Source: Candidatus Parcubacteria bacterium (GTDB taxonomy: Bacteria; Patescibacteriota; Patescibacteriia; CAIXNZ01). Taken from it: a DNA stretch of 64,000 bases. The position numbers and the translations under genes were made by a program. This document shows, piece by piece, positions 28,072 through 37,236 of the stretch; the first letter of the stretch is position 1, and every line of letters begins with the position of its first letter. Below the pieces are notes generated by a model, which was given only the letters and a program-made list of their open reading frames with translations, was not told the origin of the DNA and searched no databases. The stretch covers positions 4,943 to 68,942 of the forward strand of contig JAPLYG010000006.1 in the NCBI GenBank assembly GCA_026395685.1. Reading direction: 5' to 3'.

Positions 28072-28746
28072 ATGAAGAAGATGATGATGGCGGCCATAGT
28101 TGTTTGCCTGTTGGCTACTTCGGCTAAGGCTGGCCAGCTTCGTCTGGCTGGTTACTACGATGTCAGCAGGGAACAGAGAACCATCACGGTTGACGGTTTC
28201 TCGCAGCTGTCCACAAAGTGGAGCACCTGGGGGTTCGTGGACTTTTACACGACCCAGGGCAACCAGAAGGATGCGGCTGACAATGCTGATGTCCAGACAT
28301 TCTGCGGCAAAGGCACTCTGAGCTTTGTTCTCTGGCAGATCGATCAGCACAACTCTGTCAAACTGACTGGCGAGCTGATTGACTCCAGCTGGGCTAGCTC
28401 TGAGTTTCGTCCTGGCCTGCAGTGGGTGGTTGGCGGCGACTGGGGATTTGCGAACTTCAAAGTTCTGCCAGTGACTTTTGAACTGGTGGCGCCGGAAGAT
28501 CCGCTTCCTCAGGTTGGTGCCATTGGTGGAGCCTGGTATGTTAATGCCAGTGACAAGATGTTCTGGGAGGGCTTCTGGGAAATGACCTATACCTATGAGG
28601 ATCAGACTCGGTATTATCCGGTTATCGGAGAGACCCAGCTGGGATATCGTCTGACTGAAAAGCTCAATATCCTCGTAGAGTATCGGTACAACAACTTCGT
28701 GGAAGATGATCACGGCCTCGGACTCGGGGCTGAGATCGTCTTCTGA
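28072..28746 (+). CDS. Cassette ORF 2. Secreted beta-barrel outer-membrane-protein-like protein (OmpW/OmpA-barrel-like).
   Basis: Signal peptide MKKMMMAAIVVCLLATSAKA. Alternating hydrophobic strands. C-terminal ...GAEIVF ending in Phe. GC is roughly 55%. Confidence 0.5.
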   Translation: MKKMMMAAIVVCLLATSAKAGQLRLAGYYDVSREQRTITVDGFSQLSTKWSTWGFVDFYTTQGNQKDAADNADVQTFCGKGTLSFVLWQIDQHNSVKLTGELIDSSWASSEFRPGLQWVVGGDWGFANFKVLPVTFELVAPEDPLPQVGAIGGAWYVNASDKMFWEGFWEMTYTYEDQTRYYPVIGETQLGYRLTEKLNILVEYRYNNFVEDDHGLGLGAEIVF

Positions 28747-28773
28747 CATCAGGGGAGCGGACTAAGGATAGTC

Positions 28774-28894
28774 TGCTCCCCACCTAAATTGAGTTTTTTT
28801 CCAAGAGAAGAAGATTCAAAAGTAGGTTATGTTCTTTAAAGATAAATACCCCCCTCTAACAGTCCTGCAATGCGGGACAAAAGGAGCCAGAATA
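28774..28894 (+). repeat. Cassette junction core plus leader, copy 2
   Basis: ctccccacctaaattgagtttttttccaagagaagaagattcaaaagtaggttatgttctttaaagataaatacccccctctaacagtcctgcaatgcgggacaaaaggag. Confidence 0.6.
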
Positions 28895-29296
28895 ATGATG
28901 AACCCCGAGAATTTCCTGGTTGAAAGCAATGGCCGTTTGTCCGTCAACCCCGAGTTTAAGGCCGAGTTTGCCAGTATAGAAGAGGCAGTCGGTTACCTGT
29001 GCAGCGTCCTGGTTTATTTCCATGAAGAACTCTTCTGTGGGAATAACATCTACGACGGGAATGCTAAGCATTCCAGGAAAACTCCTCATCCGAAAAAAGA
29101 CTGGGAGTTTTGTCACAATGAAATTTCGAAGGGTAGCTTGCTGACCGGGGTTGCGCTTGATGCGATTTTTCAAGATTTCGGCGGATATCAGTCTTTTCGT
29201 AAGTTGCCTTTTGTTAAGACCCTGTTTGGGTTGAGGGGATCGAGATATATCAGCGTGAAGTATTCGGAGATGAAAGAATTCTCCGGAAAAAAATAA
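28895..29296 (+). CDS. Cassette ORF 3. Hypothetical protein.
   Basis: Start at the ATG at 28895, after the conserved leader and Shine-Dalgarno sequence. The 5' part of the tracked ORF (28829-28894) is the leader. Confidence 0.5.
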   Translation: MMNPENFLVESNGRLSVNPEFKAEFASIEEAVGYLCSVLVYFHEELFCGNNIYDGNAKHSRKTPHPKKDWEFCHNEISKGSLLTGVALDAIFQDFGGYQSFRKLPFVKTLFGLRGSRYISVKYSEMKEFSGKK

Positions 29297-29322
29297 TAAA
29301 AAGGGGAGAGATTGCTAAAAGC

Positions 29323-29385
29323 AACCTCCCCGCCTAAATTGAGTCTTTTTCCAAGGGAAGAAGCTTCAAAAGTAGGTTAAGTTCA
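29323..29385 (+). repeat. Cassette junction core, copy 3 (terminal)
   Basis: ctccccgcctaaattgagtctttttccaagggaagaagcttcaaaagtaggttaagttc. Confidence 0.6.
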
Positions 29386-29427
29386 TAAAATTAAACAATC
29401 TTAATTACATTATTAATTATAAATAAT

Positions 29428-30123
29428 ATGTATAAAATTTATAACCATACTTCAGCAAAAATGAAAGAGATTGGCCAGCAGTCGGTTGACTTGATTTTTA
29501 CTTCGCCTCCATATAACATCAGCACCAGCTACGGCAAATATCGGGATAATTTGAGTCTCAAAGCGTACCAAAAATTTCTGCAGTCAGTTATCGGCGAATG
29601 CGCCAGAGTAATTAAAAAAGACGGTAAATTAATTATTGAAGTCGCTGACAGTGTTTTGATTGGCTCAAAATATCTGCAGCTTGCAGCGCTGATTGCCAAA
29701 TATTGCCTGGCTAAAGATTTTGTTTTGGTTACCAGATACATTAACTTTATTAAAACCAGCAATAAAGTGGAATTGGCTGATCATAATATGACGCCTGACT
29801 TTATTAATAAAGGCGATACGCATTCCAACTGTCATCAGCTTTTGATTTTTGTCAAAAAGCCTAAACAGCATGAATTTAAAGATGAAGTTTTATACATTAA
29901 TTATCTGGATTCCAAAGAGCACCCTTGCCCGACGCCGAAAGCCATGCTGACTTTTATTTTAAACAGATATTTTAAGAAAGGCTATAAAGTTTTAGACCCT
30001 TTTAGCGGTACGGCTAATCTTGGCGCGGAAGTCTTGAAACGGGGTGGGGATTTCTATGGTTATGAAATAAATAGCGGTTTCTGTAAAATTGCTGAGCAAA
30101 AGTTAAAATCATTTAAATATTAA
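29428..30123 (+). CDS. DNA methyltransferase of the N4/N6 type, beta class, circularly permuted. Orphan.
   Basis: SPPY (motif IV) near the N-terminus. DPFSGTANLG (motif I, F.G.G) near the C-terminus. No restriction endonuclease gene is adjacent. Confidence 0.7.
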   Translation: MYKIYNHTSAKMKEIGQQSVDLIFTSPPYNISTSYGKYRDNLSLKAYQKFLQSVIGECARVIKKDGKLIIEVADSVLIGSKYLQLAALIAKYCLAKDFVLVTRYINFIKTSNKVELADHNMTPDFINKGDTHSNCHQLLIFVKKPKQHEFKDEVLYINYLDSKEHPCPTPKAMLTFILNRYFKKGYKVLDPFSGTANLGAEVLKRGGDFYGYEINSGFCKIAEQKLKSFKY

Positions 30124-30268
30124 AAAAGCCTCTGTTAACACGGGGCTTTTTTGAATAATATATAAATATTAAAAATCGAAGCGTCCTCCTCTTGTCACCC
30201 TAAGCATAGCCGAAGGGCGATGCTGTTGATTATGGTTCGACAAAGCTCACCAAAGTAACACCCTGGAT

Positions 30269-31456
30269 TTAATTATTTAGTAAGTCTTTCCCTCTTTGCG
30301 CCCAGTCTGTGAATCCGCGGTCTTCCATTTCAATTATATAGTCGGCTAAGACCTGGTCTTTGGATTTAGCATCATTAATAAGCGGCAAATAAAAGTTTAA
30401 TAAGTCAAAATGCGCCTGTTCTCGCTGGGTCTCGTCTTCCAGTTGCAGCCAGGCATAATTTTGGTAAGCCCAAATTACAAATTCCGGATTTTTCAGCCCG
30501 TTATTAATGTTGTCCAATATTTTTTGCTGAACCTGTTCCTGGCTTTGGCCCGAATAAGCTCCTTCCGGGATTACTTTGGCAATAGGCTTAATTAACCTAT
30601 CAACATATTCATTTATTTTTTCCGGGTCATAAGCAATATCCTGAACAGCATAAGCCGGACGCATCAGCAGCTGAATTCGTTCCGGATGATTGGGAGTATC
30701 CATTTTTTTTACTTCTTCAGCCAAAAGCTGAGCCTGTTTAAAGGTAATATCGGTTCGAACCAATTTGTACATTAAATATTTAACCGGCATTGAAAATCCA
30801 GAATCAATCTGCGGCGTAAATTTAATTATCATCTGTTTGATAAAAGTAGAATGATTTCTGGCGCGCTGAGGTTCTCCAATGGCATAGCCCTGCCGCAGTC
30901 TCAGCCACTGCATTGTTTCAGTCGTTGGTAATTTTAACTGGCGGAAAATGCCTATGGCTTCGGAAAATCCCACAAAGACGACATAGTCAGGCTTTTGTCC
31001 CAGAATTTTTTCAATTTGTTTTACCCCATAATCTATGCCGCCGATTTCGCAGGCTTTGGAAACATAATAATCAGTTGATAAGTGGCCAGTGCCTGGCAAT
31101 GGAGAATAAGTGCCGCGGGGGACTGCAGTAATAGTGATTTTTTGGGTCAAACGATTTATTTCAATCAGCTGAATGGCATCACAATGGCCATTAGTCTGGC
31201 CAATGCGGTTATCTAAACCGATAAACAATATTTTAACCAGATTGTCTTTGCCAAAAGGATCACTTTCTTCTCCGCTTTGACTTTGCTGGCGGCGGGCGCT
31301 GATTAATTGTTCAATTTGGCTTTCTTGTACTTTATTATTTAAAGAAGTAGAGCTTTTGAGAAAAGAATAAACAAAAAATATGCCCAAAATGATCAGCAGT
31401 AAGATAATAATAAAAATTATTTTTTTTCGTTTAGTCATAAACAAGCCAAACCGCAC
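30269..31456 (-). CDS. LytR-CpsA-Psr (LCP) family protein
   Basis: N-terminal TM helix. ILFIGLDNR...GHCDAIQLIEIN is the LCP-domain signature. The start may be at MTKRKK (31438). Confidence 0.65.
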   Translation of the reverse strand: MRFGLFMTKRKKIIFIIILLLIILGIFFVYSFLKSSTSLNNKVQESQIEQLISARRQQSQSGEESDPFGKDNLVKILFIGLDNRIGQTNGHCDAIQLIEINRLTQKITITAVPRGTYSPLPGTGHLSTDYYVSKACEIGGIDYGVKQIEKILGQKPDYVVFVGFSEAIGIFRQLKLPTTETMQWLRLRQGYAIGEPQRARNHSTFIKQMIIKFTPQIDSGFSMPVKYLMYKLVRTDITFKQAQLLAEEVKKMDTPNHPERIQLLMRPAYAVQDIAYDPEKINEYVDRLIKPIAKVIPEGAYSGQSQEQVQQKILDNINNGLKNPEFVIWAYQNYAWLQLEDETQREQAHFDLLNFYLPLINDAKSKDQVLADYIIEMEDRGFTDWAQRGKDLLNN

Positions 31457-31487
31457 TCGTGACAGAGGGCGGTTTTATTAATCGCGT

Positions 31488-34403
31488 TTAATCCAGTATA
31501 TTGATGATCAGTTTATTGGATTGGCTTTTAGCGCCTGATTCTTCTTCAAATTCGCCAAAGATTTCATAAGTGCCGCTGGTTTGTACTCCCTGCCAGACAA
31601 CTGTCATTTCTTCGGCTTTAAGGTCGTATATATCAGCGAGCTTTGTCGTTTGGCTGGAACCGAATTGAGAATAATATAAAGTAAGCTTTTTAATACCCGT
31701 TATCTTTGTCAGGTTGAAATTAATATTCAGAGGAAAAGATGATTTATAATAAGTTACATTGTCTCGGCCAGACAGCCAGGTTATTTGCGGGGCTGCATAA
31801 GGCAATTTAAGGTTTACTTCAATTTCAACTGAGGCAGAATTATCAATATCATCATAAGCCGTGGCTTTCAATTTGTGATAACCATTAACCGCATCAATTC
31901 CGTTCAAATCCAGGCCAAAAGGATAAGTGGCGGACATGCCGACGATCTGACCGTCAATTTCATAAATAACCTTACTCAGGCCGCGGGGAGCATTGGCCAT
32001 AACATTGAATTTGATGGGATACGATTCCAGGGTCTGATTATTTTGAGGCGATAAGATTGATATGGTCGGAAAATTTTCAGGCACATGAAGATCATCATAT
32101 TCCGTCGGTACTGTTTCCGAACTTAATTCAATATTTTGTTCTTTGGCAATTTTTTCTGCCCAGGCTTTGACTCCTTCTTCCCAGGGAATAAACATCGGAT
32201 CAGCTTGGGGATTTTCCGGTGCAGACCCGCGCGGATCGTCTTTATTTACATAATAAATAATATCATGATGTTGATTGAATTTTTTCTTAATGCGGTAAGA
32301 GGAGGGAGTATAGGGGGTGGCTAATTTGCCTGATGCTTTATCAATTTCTACTTCCATATCAGCGGGAATAACACCGCGTAAAATTGGCTTCAGATCAGGA
32401 CTCAATTCTTCCGGCGCTTTGAAATATTCAACCGGCGTATCAGCTAACGTACGGCGCATATATTCATTCATAATTGGCGCAGCCACGTTAACGCCATCGG
32501 CACGGCCGGTCATATCATCTCCGTTGCTGTTACCGACCCAAACACCGGTGACATATGAAGGCGTATAGCCGATTGTCCAGGCATCATTATTATCATTAGT
32601 TGTGCCGGTCTTGCCGGCTAAGGGACGATCTTTCAAGGTCAGGGGAGAGCCGGCGCCAAAGATATAGGCCCTGGCCGCATCATCGGTTAAAATGCTGTTT
32701 ATTTGGCGGGCGGTATTTTCACTCCAGACTTTATGTTTTATTTCTTTAAATTCATCCAGCACTTTGCCGTCTTTGTCTTCTATTTTTAAAATGGCTGCAA
32801 GTTCTGCCCGTTCGCCGTCTCGCGCAAAAGCTGTAAAAGCGCCGACATGGTCAATTAGTTTTACTTCACAGCCGCCCAAAACTAAAGCTAAGCCGCATTG
32901 GCTCTTATCAGTAATAGTTGAATAGCCCAGATCCTGCATTATTTTTTTGACATTTTCATAGCCGGCTAAGTATAGTGTTTTAACGGCAGGAATATTTAAA
33001 GATCCGGCTAAGGCACGGCGCATAGTTATCGGGCCTCTTTCTTTTTTATCATAATCTCTCGGTTCATAAGGTTTGGGACTTGAAGGGAAGGTAGTATTTA
33101 CATCATATAATACAGTTTCGGTGGTGAATCCTTTTTCAAATGCAGCCGCATAAACGATTGGTTTAATTGAGGAACCTGGTTGGCGGGGCTGGATAGTAAC
33201 ATTTACCTGTCCGTCAATTTCTTCATTGGTAAAATCTTGCGAGCCCACCATGGCCAGGATTTCACCGGTTTTGGCATCAACTGATACCATGGCGGCATTA
33301 GTTGCTTTATAGGTTAGATTTTTTTCATTGGCATTTGTGACTGCTTCCTCGGCAATTTTTTGTTTATCTAAATCCAAAGTAGTAATCACTTTTATTCCCC
33401 CTTGTTCCAGGGCTTTTTCTCCCAATTTTTCCGCCAAGAGCTCTTTGACATAGAAAACAAAATGAGGAGCTGTTATGCCTGATAAGGATTCTTTTTGAAA
33501 TTCTACTTTTTCCGCCTTAGCAGTCTCAGCTTCTTCTTTGGTAATTGCACCGGTTTCAACCATGGAATCCAAGATCCAGCGTTGGCGGGCATATAGCTGA
33601 TCAATATTTGAGCCATAAGGAGAAAGTCTGGTGGGAGCCTGAGGCAAGGCTGATAAAATAGCAGCTTCCGCTAAAGTTACATCTTTGGCATGTTTGCCGA
33701 AAAAGTAGTTGGCGGCAGATTCCACACCATAATTTACCGAGCCATAAGGTATTTCATTGAAATACATTTTTAAAATCTGGTCTTTGCTGAATTTTTTTTC
33801 AATTTGGTAGGATAAAACCCATTCTTTCATCTTGCGGGAAATACTACGCTCGTCAGTTAAAATCGCTTTTTTGACTAATTGCTGGGTAATTGTTGAGCCG
33901 CCGCGAAAGCCCCGGCCGAGTAAGGGGTCAATAACCACGCCTTCAATGATGGAAAAAAAGTTTATGCCATGATGTTCATAAAAGTGGCGGTCTTCGGCAG
34001 CTATAGTCGCTTTAACAATATAGGGAGAAATCTGATCCAGTTCAATTACAGTTCTTTTTTCATTGCCATGAATTTCATATAGCAATGTTTCACCCTTGCG
34101 GTCATAGATTTTAGTTGACTGGGCAATCACGCGGTCAATGACCTTGTTTGGATCGGGCAAGTCATGAGAATACCAAGCTAAAGCTGCCATGAAAACAATG
34201 CCGCCCAAAAGAACGCAGACTACTCCTACGGAGAACAGAGTAACAACAATTTTTTTACCCAAGCCTTGTTTTTTATTCTTCCAAAGCCTGATAAAAAGCG
34301 AAAATAAGGCTAAAAAATTAGTCTTTAAAAAGCCGTCTCTTTTTAGCTGTTTTTTGTATTTTTCCCAGTTTTTTGGGGACTGGGTTAATTGGGGAATAGG
34401 CAT
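31488..34403 (-). CDS. Penicillin-binding protein 1A (bifunctional transglycosylase/transpeptidase) with a C-terminal extension
   Basis: GT51 motifs EDRHFYEHHGIN and GGSTITQQLVK. Transpeptidase SxxK and KTGT. About 250 extra C-terminal residues. Confidence 0.85.
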   Translation of the reverse strand: MPIPQLTQSPKNWEKYKKQLKRDGFLKTNFLALFSLFIRLWKNKKQGLGKKIVVTLFSVGVVCVLLGGIVFMAALAWYSHDLPDPNKVIDRVIAQSTKIYDRKGETLLYEIHGNEKRTVIELDQISPYIVKATIAAEDRHFYEHHGINFFSIIEGVVIDPLLGRGFRGGSTITQQLVKKAILTDERSISRKMKEWVLSYQIEKKFSKDQILKMYFNEIPYGSVNYGVESAANYFFGKHAKDVTLAEAAILSALPQAPTRLSPYGSNIDQLYARQRWILDSMVETGAITKEEAETAKAEKVEFQKESLSGITAPHFVFYVKELLAEKLGEKALEQGGIKVITTLDLDKQKIAEEAVTNANEKNLTYKATNAAMVSVDAKTGEILAMVGSQDFTNEEIDGQVNVTIQPRQPGSSIKPIVYAAAFEKGFTTETVLYDVNTTFPSSPKPYEPRDYDKKERGPITMRRALAGSLNIPAVKTLYLAGYENVKKIMQDLGYSTITDKSQCGLALVLGGCEVKLIDHVGAFTAFARDGERAELAAILKIEDKDGKVLDEFKEIKHKVWSENTARQINSILTDDAARAYIFGAGSPLTLKDRPLAGKTGTTNDNNDAWTIGYTPSYVTGVWVGNSNGDDMTGRADGVNVAAPIMNEYMRRTLADTPVEYFKAPEELSPDLKPILRGVIPADMEVEIDKASGKLATPYTPSSYRIKKKFNQHHDIIYYVNKDDPRGSAPENPQADPMFIPWEEGVKAWAEKIAKEQNIELSSETVPTEYDDLHVPENFPTISILSPQNNQTLESYPIKFNVMANAPRGLSKVIYEIDGQIVGMSATYPFGLDLNGIDAVNGYHKLKATAYDDIDNSASVEIEVNLKLPYAAPQITWLSGRDNVTYYKSSFPLNINFNLTKITGIKKLTLYYSQFGSSQTTKLADIYDLKAEEMTVVWQGVQTSGTYEIFGEFEEESGAKSQSNKLIINILD

Positions 34404-34430
34404 TTTTTTAAATTAAAATGTAGATATATT

Positions 34431-35000
34431 TAAGTCTAAAGTATAAAGGCTAAAGTCTAAGTTTTAGGAAGTTTTTTTGTTAAGTCTAAAGTATAAAGGC
34501 TAAAGTCTAAGTTTTAGGAAGTTTTTTTGTTAAGTCTAAAGTATAAAGGCTAAAGTCTAAGTTTTGGAAGTTTTTATTAAATTTAGGCTTTAGTCTTTTC
34601 TTTGTTTTCTATGGTTAAAATTGATTTTGAAAATATCAATGTTAGTTCATGAGCTTCTTGCCATAATTTTTGGCAATCATTTTTAAGTTCGGGAATTGCT
34701 TTAGAAATTAAATCCAGCCAATATTTAGATTCCTTTGCTTCCTTTTTACAAATATATAATTTATTTTTAAAATCACGCTTTGAACATGCGCCATTTGCTT
34801 CGCAGTAATTAGCTCCAACGCTGGTTACAGCTCGCACCAATTGGCTGATGAGAGGAAGAGTAATTACTGTTTTGGGGATTATACTTGCAAAAATGATAAT
34901 TTCTTCGCTGAATTTTTTTGTTCTTTCTTCTAGGTTATTAGGCATTTTAATATAAATTCATTAATTTAGCCTTTAGAACTTAGCCTTTAGACTTTGAATT
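34431..35000. mobile_element. MITE-like element carrying a four-helix-bundle gene (GTCTAAAG/CTTTAGAC inverted-repeat family). The left end has 3 x 50-bp tandem repeats.
   Basis: Three tandem copies of taagtctaaagtataaaggctaaagtctaagttttaggaagtttttttgt at 34431-34580. The inverted arm ...tagcctttagaacttagcctttagactt is at 34964-35000. Confidence 0.55.
34583..34945 (-). CDS. Four-helix-bundle protein (23S rRNA intervening-sequence protein family, TIGR02436-like)
   Basis: The motif YCEANGACSKRDFKNKLYICKKEAKESKYWLDL is characteristic of the family. The protein is about 85% identical to the ORF at 49751. Confidence 0.7.
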   Translation of the reverse strand: MPNNLEERTKKFSEEIIIFASIIPKTVITLPLISQLVRAVTSVGANYCEANGACSKRDFKNKLYICKKEAKESKYWLDLISKAIPELKNDCQKLWQEAHELTLIFSKSILTIENKEKTKA

Positions 35001-35079
35001 AATTGAATTATAGTATAATTAGGGAAAATTTTCAAGGTTTGGATTTTGACTTGACTAGGACAAATAAAAGGCATACCTT

Positions 35080-35412
35080 ATGTCTAAGGGGGGAACAAAA
35101 ATGTCAAAAATCATTTTCTGGTTCTTGGTATCTATCTTTGGAGTTTCAATCTGCACGATCTTTTGCGGTTTAGCCTACTTTGGAGGGTATGGGGTGCAGT
35201 TTTTCTGCACTGAATGGCTGGTCAACCATTATGGCCCCTATGCCTTAATAGGGATGGCAGTTTTCAGGGGCAGCATCCTGTTTATTTCTGCCATGGCAGC
35301 GCTGACCGTAAGTTATTTTATTCTGCGCAAGCAGATAACAGACCCAAATAGCGACTTCCGCGAGGTTAGCCTGTATTTCCACGCTGATCAAGCGGATATT
35401 GATTCCCATTAA
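35080..35412 (+). CDS. Small membrane protein. Hypothetical.
   Basis: Three TM helices. Terminator hairpin gcagggaaggttccctgc followed by T6 after it. Confidence 0.45.
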   Translation: MSKGGTKMSKIIFWFLVSIFGVSICTIFCGLAYFGGYGVQFFCTEWLVNHYGPYALIGMAVFRGSILFISAMAALTVSYFILRKQITDPNSDFREVSLYFHADQADIDSH

Positions 35413-35502
35413 CAGGCAAGCAAGCAGGGAAGGTTCCCTGCTTTTTTCTTTTATTTAAAACTCAAAAGAGCTCTGAAGTACGGAGCTCTTTTATAATAAT
35501 AC

Positions 35503-36015
35503 TTATTTGGTTTTATCCAGGAAGCTTTTGGCCTGTAAATAGGTGAGAGCAATGGCCAGGGCATCAGCCGCGTCATCGGGTTTGGGAATGGATTTTAATT
35601 TGAGTAAGATTTTGACCATGTTTTGCACCTGGCATTTGTCAGCCTGACCATAACCGCAGACAGCCTGCTTAACCTGCAGAGGCGTGAATTCAAAAAGCGG
35701 AAGCTTATTTAAAATAGCTGTTAGCAAAATTACTCCGCGGGCTTGGCCGACATTAAGGGCGGTTTTGACGTTTTTGGCAAAGTATAATTGTTCCACGCAA
35801 ATGGCGTCAGGCTTGTATTTTTTTATCAGTTTAGTTAAGGCCTGATGTATGTATTTTAGCCGTTCGGGAAACTGTTCTTTGCTGGAAGTTTCAATCACTC
35901 CGTAATCAATGACTTTCTGCACCTTGTTGCTTTCTGAAATAAAAGCAAAACCCGTCGTGGCAAAGCCGGGATCGACCCCGAGAATGGTGAATTTAGAAAA
36001 TGTTATCGACTTCAT
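35503..36015 (-). CDS. ruvC: Holliday junction resolvase RuvC
   Basis: ILGVDPGFATTGFAF and ...AAD-type catalytic motifs. 170 aa. Confidence 0.9.
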   Translation of the reverse strand: MKSITFSKFTILGVDPGFATTGFAFISESNKVQKVIDYGVIETSSKEQFPERLKYIHQALTKLIKKYKPDAICVEQLYFAKNVKTALNVGQARGVILLTAILNKLPLFEFTPLQVKQAVCGYGQADKCQVQNMVKILLKLKSIPKPDDAADALAIALTYLQAKSFLDKTK

Positions 36016-36192
36016 ATTATGTAGTAATTTTAGCAGAAAAGAGGTTTAATGACAAAACGAAGAAGCGATTTGCAAATCGCTTCTTCGTTATACGATAACT
36101 TAAATTCGGCAAAATTAAAAATCGGTTTGAAAAAACGGAGGAAACGGTCGCGAACATTCTTTACGGATACGGTTTATTATGCCGATTTTTAT

Positions 36193-36918
36193 TCACTCTA
36201 AGTTCGTATAATAATCCTCCACATCTTCATTTTCATCCAAAGCTTCAAGGAAGGCTGAAATTTTTTGGCCTGTTTCGTCGTCAACTTTAACTTTTTCTTT
36301 GGCCACATATTCCATGGCCGCATCTTCGAGATTAAAATTCAGATCTTCAAGCCCCTTTCTAACCTTTTGTAAATCAGAAACTCCGCAATAAACAGTAACC
36401 CCTTCATCGCCCTTTATAATATCTTGCGCACCCAGATCAATTAATTGAAGTTCCAGCTCATCCCAGTTTCTTCCGGTTAATTGTTCGTTATTTAGCCGAA
36501 TTACCCCTTTATGCTCAAATTGCCAGGCCACGGCGCCCGGACCAGCCAAGGATCCGCCATATTCAGAAAAAAGATGCTTTAATTCCGAGGAAGCTCGGTT
36601 TTTATTGTCAGTTAAACATTTAAGAATTATTGCCACCCCGCTTGGCCCAAAGCCTTCATAAACCATTTCTTCAATAATTGCACCATCACCGTCGCCAGTA
36701 CCGCGTTTAATTGCCCGGTCAATGTTGTCTTTGGGCATATTGGCGGCCTTGGCCTTGTCCATGGCTAAACGCAAAGAAAAATTAATGGCAGGATCTCCGC
36801 CCTTATCTCTGGCTGCCACGGTAATTAATTTTGCCAGCTTAGTAAACAAAATAGCGCGTCTGGCATCTGTTGCGCCCTTGGCTCTTTTAGTTGTCGCCCA
36901 CTTGGAGTGACCGGACAT
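36193..36918 (-). CDS. yebC: YebC/PmpR-family transcriptional regulator
   Basis: MSGHSKWATTKRAKGATDARRAILFTKL is the YebC N-terminal signature. The start is at the ATG at 36916-36918. Confidence 0.9.
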   Translation of the reverse strand: MSGHSKWATTKRAKGATDARRAILFTKLAKLITVAARDKGGDPAINFSLRLAMDKAKAANMPKDNIDRAIKRGTGDGDGAIIEEMVYEGFGPSGVAIILKCLTDNKNRASSELKHLFSEYGGSLAGPGAVAWQFEHKGVIRLNNEQLTGRNWDELELQLIDLGAQDIIKGDEGVTVYCGVSDLQKVRKGLEDLNFNLEDAAMEYVAKEKVKVDDETGQKISAFLEALDENEDVEDYYTNLE

Positions 36919-36929
36919 AATTTTATAGG

Positions 36930-37045
36930 TGAATAGTGAATGGGGAATGATGCTGGTAAGTGCAAAGTATTTTGGTATGGTGCATCTAATCACTTAACCA
37001 AAACACCAGATACCTTCTAGCCTCCTAACCATTACCCATTTTACC
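36930..37045. repeat. Family H hairpin element, copy 5 (degenerate)
   Basis: ggtgaatagtgaatggggaatgatgctggtaagtg ... cacttaaccaaaacacc...cctaacc. Confidence 0.4.
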
Positions 37046-37236
37046 TCGTTTAATAATAGAATCTTACCAAACCAGCAGTATAAAATCAAGATATAAAATC
37101 AATCGGCAAAGAAGTTAAGTTTATCCACAAAACCTATTGCTATTATTAAAGTAATTGTTATACTTATTAACAAGAAAGATCTTTAAGCGAGTTTTTAAAT
37201 TATATCTAAACAGCCCTGGGCAGTTATTTTGCTTCC

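Noticed and set aside
28051-28749. 232-aa minus-strand ORF mirroring the OMP-like gene
   Set aside because: It is the same GC artefact. There is no Shine-Dalgarno sequence. The plus-strand gene has a signal peptide and sits in the conserved cassette flank.
29428-31456. Restriction-modification system (methyltransferase plus partner)
   Set aside because: The downstream gene is an LCP-family envelope protein, not an endonuclease. The methyltransferase is treated as an orphan.
34431-34580. Possible CRISPR array suggested by the 3 x 50-bp direct repeats
   Set aside because: The repeats abut directly with no unique spacers. They form the arm of an inverted-repeat element around a four-helix-bundle gene.
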